Part shown: positions 30,291-45,302 of the stretch, piece by piece | Layout of the letters: each line of letters opens with the position of its first letter | Position numbering within the stretch: the stretch's first letter is position 1 | Source of the DNA: Eledone cirrhosa | Lineage: Eukaryota | Direction: 5' to 3' | NCBI GenBank assembly: GCA_964016885.1 | Contig: OZ024746.1 | Location: 33,356,001-33,420,000, forward strand | Length of the DNA: 64,000 bases | Notes under the pieces: generated by a model | What the model was told of the DNA's origin: nothing | The model's input: the letters and a program-made list of their open reading frames with translations, nothing else | Database searches by the model: none | Position numbers and translations under genes: made by a program

Positions 30291-31149
30291 TCTATATCTC
30301 TTTCTCACTTCCATTCTCTCACTTCCATTCTCTCACTTTCTATACTTCTCTGAAAAACATCTGCTCCATTCAGACCCCGCCAAGTTTTAAAATGCTCTAG
30401 TAAACCCGCATATCAATACGACGTCCCTAGGACTTCCTTATAGTTATGGTATCAGACATTCTGTTCGTTACACCTTTTGTCTGAACCAAATGAACTACGG
30501 AAAATCGAAGGCAATATCAAACTACTAAACAATAATAAACAGTTAGAATATTACTATTTTAACAACGTTAACGCTATTGTTAAGATCTCTAGAATTATAT
30601 TTTAACATAGAAACGCAATTGCTACGAATTCTGGAAGATATGTCAAGTTTTGGTTTTACTATTATCATTCTTACACCCTTATTCCTATAGTCAAATGCGG
30701 TTTTATATATATATTTTTTCCGCTCTTATACATATTTGCATTGTTTGACTGTTATCAGTGCAACGTCTGAATTTTAATAGTGTTTAGGCTATAGTTGCTA
30801 CCTATGTATACTCTTATTTCGTTGTCTTTTATTCTTATGGGGGATTTGTTTGTTGTTAGAATTGATACGGATATTGAACTAGATTTGTCTTTAATGTCAT
30901 TACTGGTGTCTTTAGCATAGGTACAGCAAATGTAAATAGTGTTCTACTTAGGATTAACGACTACAGATCCTACGCATACTAAATATAGATTGACGCGCAC
31001 ACACACATTCACACGAACTCATACAGACCACACACACACAGATATCCACTAGATATATATGAGATGTTAATATTTAAGAGCAGTCAGACGATTAGTCGCC
31101 TTATTAATCAATTTATAAGGTCAGTAGATTGTAGATTTTATTCTACGTC

Positions 31150-32010
31150 AGATTTTCCCTACACGGTATTGATGTCAAAATAAGTATTTACCTCCAATAA
31201 AATGCATTGATTTCTGTCAGAAACAATCTCTTCGGGTTTGAATTATACACACCCTGACATGTGACAAAAAGAAAATACAAATAAGAATACAAATAACCAT
31301 AAAAATGGAAAAGGGATAAAGCAAAAGAGGATATGTATGTTTGCGATAGTTAATGTTTATAATTATGCCCATAGTTAAGTGTTTTGTGCTATTTTGCCTG
31401 GTTAACACTAAAGGTGTTAGTAATAAAGAAACAACGGTGTAAGATGTCATATCCACATATTCCCTCTGCAATTGGATCTCCTCATTCTGAGGAACACCCA
31501 TTTCTAGTTTTTTTTTATGGTTATATTTCCTCTGAAGATAAAAGCTGTAAATCTGATCAGGAATTCGAAGAAATTGTCTCCGATTCTGCAGACTCCTCAT
31601 CCAATGCCAAACAGACATCAGTCCCTCATCTTATCAGTCAGGTGGAACTGACTGATTTAGCACGTAATTTGCACTCGCCGAGAAAGCAGCAGAGCATTTA
31701 GTTTCCAGACTACCCCCCCCCCCTCCCCCGAAACAATGAGGTTTTGGTTGCTAAAATGCTGTTGCATTTTCACGATTTTGGATGTAGCATGAGTGTCCAG
31801 CTTCGTTTCCTGAATAGTAACCTTCATCCTTTCCCAGAGAACCATGAAGATGTAAATGATGAACAAGGAGAAAGTTTCCATCAAGACATCATGGCGAGGG
31901 AAGATCGTTATGAAATGCGTTGTAGCAGACATATGATGGCTGACAATAAATGGAGTATCAAACAAGATGACCCTGACAAAGTCTATAAATGAAATACCTT
32001 GAAATGAATA
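31150..32010 (+). mobile_element. Internally deleted Chapaev3-like (CMC) DNA transposon relic
   Basis: CYF..YPHIPSAIGSPHSEEHP, PHLISQVELTDLARNL and MSVQLRFLNSNLHPFPENHEDVNDEQGESFHQDIMAREDRY..MMADNKW resemble the recalled Chapaev3 transposase consensus (HFLHSHLDFFPENLGAVSDEQGERFHQDI..MADYCW). Confidence 0.8.
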
Positions 32011-32921
32011 TTCTTGTTAGAATAGGAACAAACCTTAGTACATATTGTGATGAAATTGAACGCTGTTTAAAATAAATAAGATTTCTTTCCCTAAATGGTT
32101 GTTTCAAGACCAAATGTAAGACAGTATGACTATAAATTCCTTAGATAAAATAAGTATTTAAGCAAAATATGGATTTAAGCAAAATCTGTCGAGATTCAGG
32201 GGGGGGGGGGGGTTTAGAATAAGCAGTGGTTTGTAAAATCGTTAATTTTTCTCGGTTGTGTCCATGGATATTTTAAAAACAGAATTGGCAGTTATTAATG
32301 AAACCGCGTTGTTCCACCATTATTACGACGAATCATTCTGGATTATTTTTAGCTCCAACATTTATTACATTTATTGTTGCAATGTTTCTATTTCAGCTAG
32401 TGAAATTTCTGGCCATTCTGAAAATATTTTCTCTTCGGGGAGAAAAAGCAAATTTTAACAACACTGAGTTTTATATCAAAGATATGGAGTGTGTAATATG
32501 ATATAATGCTTGCCCTAAAAATCTTTTTATAGTTGTTGTTTTCTGCATTGGAGGTGTAATTAGGCTTTTCGTTTTTGATATAGGATGCGTGTTCAAACCG
32601 CATATGTTTAAAATAGTACCTGTTAAATATGTTTTCCTCGAGCATAATGAATTTCGTTTTTGATACACATGGATATATATTCATACTGATTCAAATTCAA
32701 TTATCTATGTTTACTACTCAATATCTATTCCTCTCAGATTTAATTCTAGTCTTAGAAAAGATATATCATCTGCTGTTTCTGAATAATAATAAACACAATC
32801 AGTTCTGAAATGCCTTTAACCATAGATCTCTCAGATGTGTTGTAATTAATATTTTAGTGATGCCAATATAATATATAACTTGTTTATTTTGTTTTATAAA
32901 TACTTTATTTTACATTAACAG

Positions 32922-32982
32922 ACCTTTAGAGGGAAAATCAAATTTCCACCAAAATTTCATCGATCTGCCACTACGAAACTTT
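32922..32982 (+). CDS. Candidate 61-nt host exon (TFRGKIKFPPKFHRSATTKL)
   Basis: T-rich acceptor tttacattaacag, donor |gtaagt; phase-compatible with 17628-17681. Confidence 0.3.
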
Positions 32983-33733
32983 GTAAGTTGTGTGTTGGAA
33001 AAGTTTTGATTTTATGAATTCGTAATCTTAGCGCTGTCATTTTGATCACAGCTGTCTAAAGTGTATGTCTTTGTAAATTAGTAAAATTATTAATACCAAT
33101 TTCCATTTACTGACACAATGCAGGACATTACGGGCAATATAGTATCCATCATAATGATTGCAAGATCGTAGTTAAATGTTGAAGATATCAAGTTTCATAC
33201 CATTCTTATGAAATTCTGAGTTTCGCAAATGATTTAATATTCCATCTCATCATTTAATACACAGAATTGGAGACATTAAGTCGTTTAACTAATGTTCCAA
33301 ATAAGAGCTTGAGGTATAATATTTCCTCCATGACCCAAAACACTCACCAGCAAACCACTGCAATTCGGGCAACATAACCATGCCGTCACCAGACTCGTAT
33401 TAAATGTAAATAAATCCAAGGGGGTAGTATAGCTGTGATAGGCTGATATTAGTTGCCTAAGGTAAACTCAATTAACTACAGAAACTCACAATCTAACATA
33501 TGCACAATAGTATATATATCAACATCGAAACAACAGGCACATTTGCATATATAGCTATCATTAATTTATTATCGCAAAAGAAACCTTATCTAATCTGACA
33601 TGCTTAAGTTGAACTGAATTAAATACAGTTTAGAATTTGAAATAATAGAGCTATATTAAATCATGCAGAGAGGCTCTTCTTAGCAAACGGTCTATTAGGG
33701 AAGATTAAATTCTGAATACACACATACTCTCTC

Positions 33734-33801
<68 letters not shown>

Positions 33802-34857
33802 ACGCACACATTTCTCTCTCTATCTATCTCTCTTAATATATATATGCTCGCACAAATATATGCATATAGATGTATATTTTATTCATTCTATGTCGGTTTT
33901 AATCACATAAGTTCTCTGCTTCACATTGTGTCTGTCTCTGTGTTATATATGTACAATGCCTTAATAATGTTATTTGATTATTTCCACAGAAACTGACAAC
34001 ACTGACTGTATAATTAATATGGAATTGAATACTCACATTTACATGCGCCACACGTCCACACACATAAATATATAGTCATGAACACACACTCTAACACACA
34101 AATACACATCCATATATTTGAACATATATATCAAATGCAAACAATATGTGTGTTTAGCCTTCGTTTTCTTTGAGAGACCTCATTCGCTTAAGGAATGGAT
34201 GTCTCCATTTGTCTTGCCATTGCTGATACTTAAACGGTCGCAAGTCTTAGTTAGCAATCACCAATTTTAGCAAACATTCAGTTTGTAGAAGAAAGTTCTT
34301 ACAAAATCTCCAGGTATTGCCACGGCGTCCTTGTTATATTTGTTTTACCATTAAACGCGAATTTCGCGTATGTCTACTTATTTTACAAGAATTCCAAAAT
34401 ATTTGTAAATTTTTTGGCACTTTGTTTATGACATTTTTTATATATGCATATTTTGTCATTACCCGATTACCTCCAATATTTATTATACAAAGGTGATAGG
34501 ATAGGGTGTTATATTCGTAGCCCTTTCATGAAGTAGTTTATTTCATTTTCATTAAAATGGACAAGCAGTAGATATTTCAACAATAAATTATACGCATACG
34601 TATAAAAAAGACTGAAACATAGAAACTATTTCTCAACTAGAAAAGATGATTTGACGTTTATAAATCAAAATGAAGATGTCAATACTGGGATATATATTTT
34701 ATTTGCATTCTATTTATCTGTTTAGTCGATTTTATTCCCACATTGAAACATTTTATAAATTATAAATCTTATATGTCATAATACATAGAATTTATGTGCC
34801 TACCCATCCGCATCCCACAAATACATATGCAAATATACATACATACATACATATATA

Positions 34858-34923
<66 letters not shown>

Positions 34924-34947
34924 GAAAAGAATTTCGCTCTACAGTGA

Positions 34948-34993
34948 GCTGTACTGATGAAGGCCGATACACAGAAACATTAGTGCCTGCAGT
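34948..34993 (+). ncRNA. Degenerate hammerhead ribozyme
   Basis: gctgta CTGATGA..GAAA cat-ta-gtg CC tgcagt; U16.1 mutated to C, weak stem II. Confidence 0.45.
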
Positions 34994-35127
34994 TCTGTTT
35001 ACATGCCAACACAATAGCAAGAATAAAGGGTTCATTCCACTGACATGGCTTTAAAAATGTGGCTTTTTTGCATAATTGCAAACGAACCGAATATTGTTAT
35101 TGATATTCGAAAAACTCAGATAACATT

Positions 35128-35162
<35 letters not shown>

Positions 35163-35203
35163 GTAATCTGAGTTTTATATATATATATATATAAATATCT
35201 ATC

Positions 35204-35314
<111 letters not shown>

Positions 35315-35410
35315 CTGTAGAATCTCATCTACATTAACACTTTTATACTCTGCTATGTATTGAGTACCTTACTTACTGTGGTTACCTCCAATTCAACCCG
35401 GAATAACTTA

Positions 35411-35472
<62 letters not shown>

Positions 35473-35522
35473 TATATATATATATATATTTAAAAGAATA
35501 GAGGTGTAACACACAAGTTATG

Positions 35523-35599
35523 ATATATTGGTAAACGGAATAGAAAATGCTGACAAATTGTTCACTGTGAACAATTTGTCAGCGTTTTCTATTCCGTTT

Positions 35600-35608
<9 letters not shown>
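35523..35608. repeat. Near-perfect ~43-bp-arm hairpin, fold-back of the end of the module at 58410-58865
   Basis: ttggtaaacggaatagaaaatgctgacaaattgttcac-t-gtgaacaatttgtcagcgttttctattccg; unfolded copy at ~58823-58865. Confidence 0.85.
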
Positions 35609-35671
<63 letters not shown>

Positions 35672-35684
35672 GTAAATATATATA

Positions 35685-35738
<54 letters not shown>

Positions 35739-35776
35739 AGGAGGTTATAGTTCACTTGAAGCATTGTGTAATGAGG

Positions 35777-37338
35777 TATAAACGTTAGAATATGTGTAAT
35801 AAGGCCAAGACAATGCAGATATGGACATAGAAAAAGAATGCAATAGTGAGAGATATTGGTGAGAATTAGTCTTTCACCTTGAATTTATTTAAATGTCCTT
35901 AATTTTCGAGATAATATCTCTTCTTCGGAGGGAAGTAAAAGTCTCAGACCAGCGTCTAAATTTCCAATGAAGCCATGCTGACCGGAAATAGTATAGAGTT
36001 CTAACTTTAATATCAAAGAATTAAAATTAGGTGGGTAAAGAGTAGTCTCCCTTTAAGAGGGGTTTGTTTATGTTTTTGTTGTGTTATGTAAATTTTATAT
36101 GCGTGCCTGTATGTGTGGGAGAAAGCATGAAGGTGTAGGTATGTGTGTGTGTGTGAGTGTGGGAAGATAGGTCTAATCGTAAAAGTGGGGGGTAGGTGTT
36201 ATCTGGTGTTAGAACTGGTTTTGTGTGTGTATGTGTGAGAGAGAATAAGTGGGGGTGTGTGCGTGCGTGTGTGTGGGGTGTGTAAAGTGGGGCTAGAGGC
36301 TCTATCAGGTTATAAATTGGGTGTTGAGCTCTAGTCTATTATTGATTGGTGGATGTGTTCTATCTATAATGAGTGCTTCCTTGATTCTAAGATTACCGAG
36401 GTTTCTTTCTTTAGTTTCTATCCTAACTGTTATGTTTTTATCAGTGTTTTTGCATTTAACTAGGTGTTTCTTAAATGAGGAAGCGTTAGTATTGAGGTGT
36501 TCTTTTATTCTTATGTGGAGTGGTCTGGTGGTGCTACCTACGTAGAAGTTGTTGCATTTGACAAATGCAACAACTTCTACGTAGGTAGCACCACCAGACC
36601 ACTCCACATAAGAATAAAAGAACACCTCAATACTAACGCTTCCTCATTTAAGAAACACCTAGTTAAATGCAAAAACACTGATAAAAACATAACAGTTAGG
36701 ATAGAAACTAAAGAAAGAAACCTCGGTAATCTTAGAATCAAGGAAGCACTCATTATAGATAGAACACATCCACCAATCAATAATAGACTAGAGCTCAACA
36801 CCCAATTTATAACCTGATAGAGCCTCTAGCCCCACTTTACACACCCCACACACACGCACGCACACACCCCCACTTATTCTCTCTCACACATACACACACA
36901 AAACCAGTTCTAACACCAGATAACACCTACCCCCCACTTTTACGATTAGACCTATCTTCCCACACTCACACACACACACATACCTACACCTTCATGCTTT
37001 CTCCCACACATACAGGCACGCATATAAAATTTACATAACACAACAAAAACATAAACAAACCCCTCTTAAAGGGAGACTACTCTTTACCCACCTAATTTTA
37101 ATTCTTTGATATTAAAGTTAGAACTCTATACTATTTCCGGTCAGCATGGCTTCATTGGAAATTTAGACGCTGGTCTGAGACTTTTACTTCCCTCCGAAGA
37201 AGAGATATTATCTCGAAAATTAAGGACATTTAAATAAATTCAAGGTGAAAGACTAATTCTCACCAATATCTCTCACTATTGCATTCTTTTTCTATGTCCA
37301 TATCTGCATTGTCTTGGCCTTATTACACATATTCTAAC

Positions 37339-37345
<7 letters not shown>
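35777..37345. mobile_element. Palindrome of two head-to-head PLE 3' ends (truncated GIY-YIG plus 3' UTR with minimal HHR)
   Basis: 784-bp arms around a single A at 36561; each arm encodes CNNFYVGSTTRPLHIRIKEH..LRIKEALIIDRTHPPINNRLE; HHR at 37191-37225 (+) and 35897-35931 (-). Confidence 0.9.
37191..37225 (+). ncRNA. Minimal hammerhead with CCGAAGA core
   Basis: cct CCGAAGA a-gagat-att-atctc GAAA at TA agg; palindromic AATT stem III of the dimer type; mirror copy at 35897-35931. Confidence 0.55.
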
Positions 37346-37370
<25 letters not shown>

Positions 37371-37373
<3 letters not shown>

Positions 37374-37950
37374 TAAGTTATTTCGGGTTGAATCGGAGGT
37401 AACCACAGTAAGTAAGGTACTCAATACAGAGTAGAGTATAAACGTTTTAATATAGATGAGATTCTACAGGACTAGAACTGTTTCATTCTTTAGAAATCAT
37501 AGAGGAATCTGGCTTTCCAAAAATAAATGTTGTGGTATTTATATCTTTTCAGGTGGTAGGAGAGGGTGGGGAGTGAGATGGTTGGAGGTCATTGGTTGAA
37601 AGAAAACGGAATTCATTAAAAGTTAATTCTTTAAGGCAATAATTTATATTTAGTGTGACAAAGGCAGAAAGAATTCTATAAACATGTTCAGAACGGGGTG
37701 CCACTCCTTATTTTAAGTTTCTCTTAAGCTAACAATGCCTATATTTCAGGTGTCTATAAGGTGGTTGGGGGCGATCATGTAGATGGATTTAAAGAAAAGG
37801 GAAATTCTTTAAAAGCTAATTTTTTTAAGCTCTACTTAGAGTGACAAAGGCCAAGAGTATTCTATAAACCAGTTCAAAATATAGGCTGCCTATCATATCA
37901 TTATTGTCATATTTCTCTTAAGCTATATTCCAGGTGTCAACAGACACATT
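37371..37950 (-). mobile_element. Probable PLE-derived 3' fragment; inverted partner of 35312-35413
   Basis: 37371-37475 is a diverged reverse complement of 35312-35413; both abut (TA)n. Confidence 0.5.
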
Positions 37951-38090
37951 CACATACACAAACACACGCAACAGACACACGCCCCCCCCCACATATATAT
38001 ATATATATACATATAATAAATATACACATATACAAAGACATCTACAGAAATACACTTATATACACATATAGAACATACATAAACAAATAT

Positions 38091-38149
<59 letters not shown>

Positions 38150-38219
38150 TACACATATACATATATATACCTATATATATATATATACATACACACACAC
38201 ATGTATATATATATATATG

Positions 38220-38630
38220 TATGGTGGCTGCCAACTCGTTTTCGAGTACGGCCACTACTTTATATCCATGTAGGAGAACTCCTACCGATGCGCTGAACGA
38301 ATGTGACTTTAGTCCAGCCAGCGACTTGAAAACTCTGGTACAAACACTACACTTGTGACAATTATTGTCACATAGTGATAGGCCCATGGTACCATGTGAC
38401 GACAAGTGCAGAGAGATCTCCAGATATAAAGCAATGCCTGTGCCGTGAAGCTTTTATAGTGAGCAAAGGCACTGCACAAAGCCAGTCCCACTCTCTTAAC
38501 GAAGATGATATTTACCAAAAAGAAGAACAAGTCAACATCATTGGATACCATCAGAGTTGCAGGTGTTATATCAGAGTTTTCCTTCTCCTAGAATTCTGCC
38601 TTGACAAAGGCTAAGGGGTCATCTCTCCCG
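38220..38630 (-). mobile_element. RTE-like LINE 3' end
   Basis: C-terminal zinc-finger-like CSVCTRVFKSLAGLKSH typical of RTE ORF ends. Confidence 0.5.
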
Positions 38631-38641
38631 GATATATATAT

Positions 38642-38672
<31 letters not shown>

Positions 38673-38674
<2 letters not shown>

Positions 38675-39540
38675 TCGTTTCTGAATTTGTTTAGCAAGAT
38701 TCTTTATCTGAAATCGTGTGTTGAAACCGATATTGTTATACTTTGGGAGGGTCATGTTGCCAATAAGAAACACACGCACCAGTTGCTTTCACTTCAATTT
38801 ATTATAATAAATTTATAATAAATTTATAAATTTATAAATTTCTGGTAGGTTGGTTGGCTCCACAGCCAGATAGTTGTTTATATATTGTCATAGTTCTTTC
38901 GTCACACACTTTGTGACCTCTTCAGTGACTGGGGATTCCTTTCTTTGTTTCTGTGCCTCTCCTTTGTTCTGTCCTACGCCATTTTGTTTCTGTGTGTGTG
39001 ATGTGTGCTCAGTCTGCGCATGCGCCACATCCGGGTGTCTGTGTGTGTTTATGTTCATTTATTTATTTGTTTATTTACATGTTACTGGTTGGTTGTTTGT
39101 TCTATGTGTGTGTGTGTTTTCATTTTGTCCTTAATTGTAAGTTGTGATGTTGCTGTTCCACTCATATTTTCTATTTAATTTTGGTTGTAATTCTTTTATG
39201 TTTATTGCCTCTGTAATTTGTCTAAACATTGCGTCTTTTCTGTGTGTAGATTCTATTTTTATTTCTATGTTCTCTAATTTACCCTTGTGTTCTATATTAG
39301 CATGTTGGTAGAGTACAGATGATTCTTTACTATCTTGAAGGTCTCGCCAGTGTTCATTTATCCGTTCCCCTACACTACGAGCTGTCTCACCTATGTACAC
39401 TATATTTTTGTCTCTACATTGTCCTTCAGTACATCTTATGCTATACACTACATTTCTAGATTTACAGTTAATATGGGGGCTTATTTTACAGGTTATACAT
39501 TTCTTATCTATACATGAGGGTCTTTGAAAAGGGTATGTCT
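38673..39540 (-). mobile_element. PLE 3' fragment (family A): GIY-YIG endonuclease plus 3' UTR with HHR, ending in (TA)n
   Basis: ORF 39131-39448 VYIGETARSVGERINEH..RQITEAINIKELQPKLNRKYE; HHR at 38887-38929. Confidence 0.9.
38887..38929 (-). ncRNA. Minimal type I hammerhead
   Basis: Minus: gtca CTGAAGA g gtcaca-aagtg-tgtgac GAAA gaac TA tgac. Confidence 0.75.
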
Positions 39541-40028
39541 TGCTAATAAGTGTTGAAAAGGGTATGTCTTACTAATAAGTATATATATATACTTTAAGCT
39601 ATCTCTGTTATTGTATTAAATATTTTACTCTTGATTTGGCCAGAGTTATTTATTTCCAGGTACCTTATAAACATGACTTTCCGTATTTATTACTGTTAGG
39701 GGATATGGAGGTTATTTGGTTGTCACTTCTCTGATTTTAGCGTAAGAAAATATATATATGCGTGTGTAAATAATTACATGCATACATTTATTTTTTAAAA
39801 TTAATTGAGTTCTTAACACGTGGAATTGATAATAGTTTTGAAATAACTAATTAACCCGCGTGTATTAAATATTTTACTCTTAATTTGGCCGGAGATTTAC
39901 ATTCCCAATCGCCTTTTAAAGCGTAACTTTCCGTACTTACTACGGTTATGAGATGCGGTTTGTTATTTGGTATCACTTCTGTTTTTAGCCTAAGAAAATA
40001 TCTATATGCGTGTGTAATTAATACACGC

Positions 40029-41502
<1,474 letters not shown>

Positions 41503-41505
<3 letters not shown>

Positions 41506-41815
41506 TTCGTTTCTGAATTTGTTTAGCAAGATTCTTTATCTGAAAACGTGTGTTGTAACAGATATTGTTATACTTTGGGAGGGTCATGTTGCCAATAAGA
41601 AACACACGCACCAGTTGCTTTCACTTCAATTTATTATAATAAATTTATAAATTTAGGAATTTATAAATTTCCGCTTGCTTGGTTCCACAACCAGATGGTT
41701 GTTTATATATTGTCAAAGTTCTTTCGTCACACATTCTGTGACCTCTTCAGTGACTGGGGCTTCTTTTCTTTGATTTTTTGTGCCTCTCATTTGTTCTGTC
41801 CTACGTCATCTTGTT
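41503..41815 (-). mobile_element. Second PLE family A 3' end with HHR at 41712-41754
   Basis: Highly similar to 38673-38990; minus gtca CTGAAGA g gtcaca-gaatg-tgtgac GAAA gaac TT tgac. Confidence 0.85.
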
Positions 41816-42062
41816 GGACATCTTGTGAGATAAACCACAGACCCTCCATCTAAACTCTACTTTTGAACAGCAGAAGAACTGCGAAACCGGTAAAGGAACC
41901 AAATAAATATATATATATTTTAAAATAAATAAGACTCCAGTTGCATTTTCGATTTCATCTTTTTTTCTTTATACTTTCACTCGTGCAGGACATCTCGGTT
42001 ATTTTTCATTTTGTAAAAAAAACCTCACTTTCTAATACATACCCACCACACGAAGACCGAAA

Positions 42063-45000
42063 ATGCCACCAAAGTCTCAACAAAACGACAACTCACTGAA
42101 CCAGGACATCTTAAATGAACTCAAAGAGATTTCCTCTAAACTCTCAAGTTTGACCAACAAAGTGGACCAAATACACATCTATAAAAAAGGACCCCACGAA
42201 GAAACAGAAAATACCCAAGAGACGAATATTACTCCAACATTATCTAAACTAATCGAAACCATTGTAACAGCAATGCTCCAAAAGCTGGAACAACCATTAG
42301 AACCCAATCAACGAGATGTCCACTCAGTAAAAAACACCCTAATCAATAATATGGACTCAAAAGCTCACAGCCCGCAAATTCGCCTTTTGGCATCTCCTAA
42401 AAATAATGGCAAGGCAGACATATATGAAAAGTGGCTAAACTCTACCCTAATCATCCTCCCGAAAAACCTCCAAATAAAACCCATCGCGAATGAACCAGAA
42501 AACCAACAAAGACTTAGGGAAAAGATGGCGTTAGAAACATTTAAATAGAAATAGAACTGTTGCGATTCAGAGCTAACTCCAACGAAGAAAAATTCAAGTC
42601 ACTCGACCAACAGATGAACACAGAAATCTCAAAGCACTCTGAAGGCCTACTCTATGAAAAAACCTTAACACTTTGGAAAGAAAACTGTGATGATGAAGAA
42701 CTAATATCCCTCCAGCGATGGGAAAAAACGCCACCTGGTTCAACAACTACGAAATGGATTTAAAAAATGAACAGCATACAGGTAACCCATTAAAACAAAC
42801 TACATCTCACATACCACATGCACAACAAATAACAAAAAAAGTAACAAAACATGCACAACAAATAACAAAAAATTAACAAAACGTCCAACATACCCCCAGC
42901 AAAACTATAACGATAATCCCAGAACTCATAGACAAAACTATAACCCTACTAACAAAAACCGAAGATCCCCCAACACAAGACAGGATCCGATCCGCAGATC
43001 ACAACCCACACAAAACCTATTCCAAAACCGTAGACCTCTGCCCACACAGAGCCCGTTCCAAAATCGTAGATACAAACCCACACAAAGGAACAAAATCTAC
43101 AACCCGGACTATCAACAAACCAAACTTCAATACGTCCGAAACTTCTATACAAGACCACACAACAACAGGGGAAATGCAATTAGATATAATAATACCATTG
43201 AAAAAATATTCCAGAAAAATCATTTTTTAGACCAACGCTACTGGACCCACGACACCCGGTGGCACAAATTGATTTTGAAAAACCGAAAATAATCAACCTT
43301 TCAAATACAAACCTCTCAGCCCAACAAGTAAAATTTCTCTCTAAAGGACTGAAATTCACACCAACACCACAATACTCTAACCTCAATGAGATAAATGACG
43401 ATATCTCACACTTCTGTAAAAAATTACGTCACACAGAGGAATTCTTTGACAAGGAGAATAACGACCAATCAATTGTACGGAATAAAAGGAGGTACAACCC
43501 AACAAAAGGTAGAAACAGAGTTCTGGACAAATTTTGTGACCACATAGCTACTTTCCCATACCATGAACTACCGCAACCTAAACCCAAACCCAACACGAGT
43601 TGAAGGGAATGGGAGATTATCCACGAACTAAAAAACAATACGGACATTATAATTAAGGAAGCGGACAAGGGAAGTACTGATGTCATTATGGATGCTGAAA
43701 AATATAAAAATTCTATGTTCTCTCTCTTACAAAATACTAATTACTACGAAAGAGTAAAAAATTACCAGCAATCAAAAACAATGATCAGATTAAACACACT
43801 GATTTGTCGATACCAGGAAGACTTAACTAAAAAGGAACGCGATTATTTAACACATTTTGAATACAAAACCAGCAACCTTTACGCACTTCCGAAGATCCAC
43901 AAGTGTAAATAATTAACGATGCCTCTAAAAAATCCACCTCAGCCTGCGTGAACACACAATACCCCACCGACCTTAAATTAAGACCACAATGTGAAAACAC
44001 ACAAACTGAGCAACTTTATAGACATACTACTGAAACCAATTCTCAAACACATACCAAGCCTTGTACGAGACGATCTGGACCTCTTAAACCACCTCCCCAA
44101 ACATGTCAACAACGACACTATTATTGTGTCTTTCGATGTAGTGAATCTCTACACAACGATCCCACACCAATACGGACTAGAAGCAATAGGATTCTGGCTA
44201 GAGAAATATCCCTATGAGATACCTGGCAGAATAGAAAAAAGCTTCATCACAGAGGGATTAAAATTTATCTCACAGAACAACTTTTTTGATTTCGATGGCA
44301 GTACCTACAAGCAAATATCGGGGACTGCGATTGGTACAAAAGCCGCTCCAACTTATGCCAACTTAGTCATGGTATACTTAGAAGTCCAGATATCTGAACA
44401 GTTCAAATCAAAATACGGATTGAACTTACACAAATATTTATCACAGAATTGTAAACGCTACTTGGATGATTGTCTCATTCTTTGGTCCCACACACTCGAC
44501 CAACTGAATTATTTCAAAAACTTAATAAACGGCATCAATAACCACATCCAATTCACAATGGAATACAGCCAAGATCAACTCCCATTTCTGGACATCTTAA
44601 TCTTAAAAAAAGACAGACATATTGAAACTGAGACATACACTACAAACCAACAGATACCAAACAATACCTGCTATTCACCTACAACCATCCAAAGCACACG
44701 AAGACGAACATCCCTTTTAACCTAGCAAGAAGAATTTGCACAATTGTCTCCAATTATGAAACGCGAAATAAAAGACTTCAAAAATTAAAGGAAATTCTAC
44801 TCGAAAGACAGTACCCACCATTACTAATAAATAATTTCTATTTTTAGGCACAATAATCGAATAGAAAGGGCTAAAGCAATAGGCATTGATGAATTACGAA
44901 AACAGAAACAAATTCAAGGTAGGTCCAATATGCTATCATATATCTCAACACATAACCCAAGAAATGCGGAAGCTTACAACACTATTCACAAGAACATCCC

Positions 45001-45302
45001 ACTATTGAAACAAGACCCAAGAATGAAAAAAAGCCCTTGAAACAGACAAAATAATCAAAAGCAAAAGACAACCGAAATCACTGAAAACATTACTCACCAA
45101 TGCCAAATTACCTACTACAAAACCAACAACCAACTGTCAAAAAATGTGGTCGCTCTAATTGTGGAACCTGCACTCACCTCATTGAAGGCAACACGTATAC
45201 ATTTAATTCAGGACAACATTTTGCTGTAAAAAATCACTTCACTTGTTCATCAAAACATCTAATTTATGCCATTAAATGTAAAGGATGCAATGAAGATTAT
45301 AT
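42063..45302 (+). pseudogene. PLE ORF (N-terminal region, reverse transcriptase, Zn linker, truncated GIY-YIG)
   Basis: Track ORFs 42063, 42560, 43259, 43688, 43991 and 45100 appear to be consecutive pieces of one ORF. Confidence 0.85.

Noticed and set aside
36305-36817. Two 106-aa ORFs as intact nuclease genes
   Set aside because: Their first ~22 codons are antisense read-through across the palindrome centre; they are truncated GIY-YIG fragments.
43601-43603. In-frame TGA in the PLE ORF as possible selenocysteine (some Naiad PLEs encode Sec)
   Set aside because: Not at a Cys-type position, linker cysteines use TGT/TGC, the copy has other stops and frameshifts, and I recognised no SECIS.
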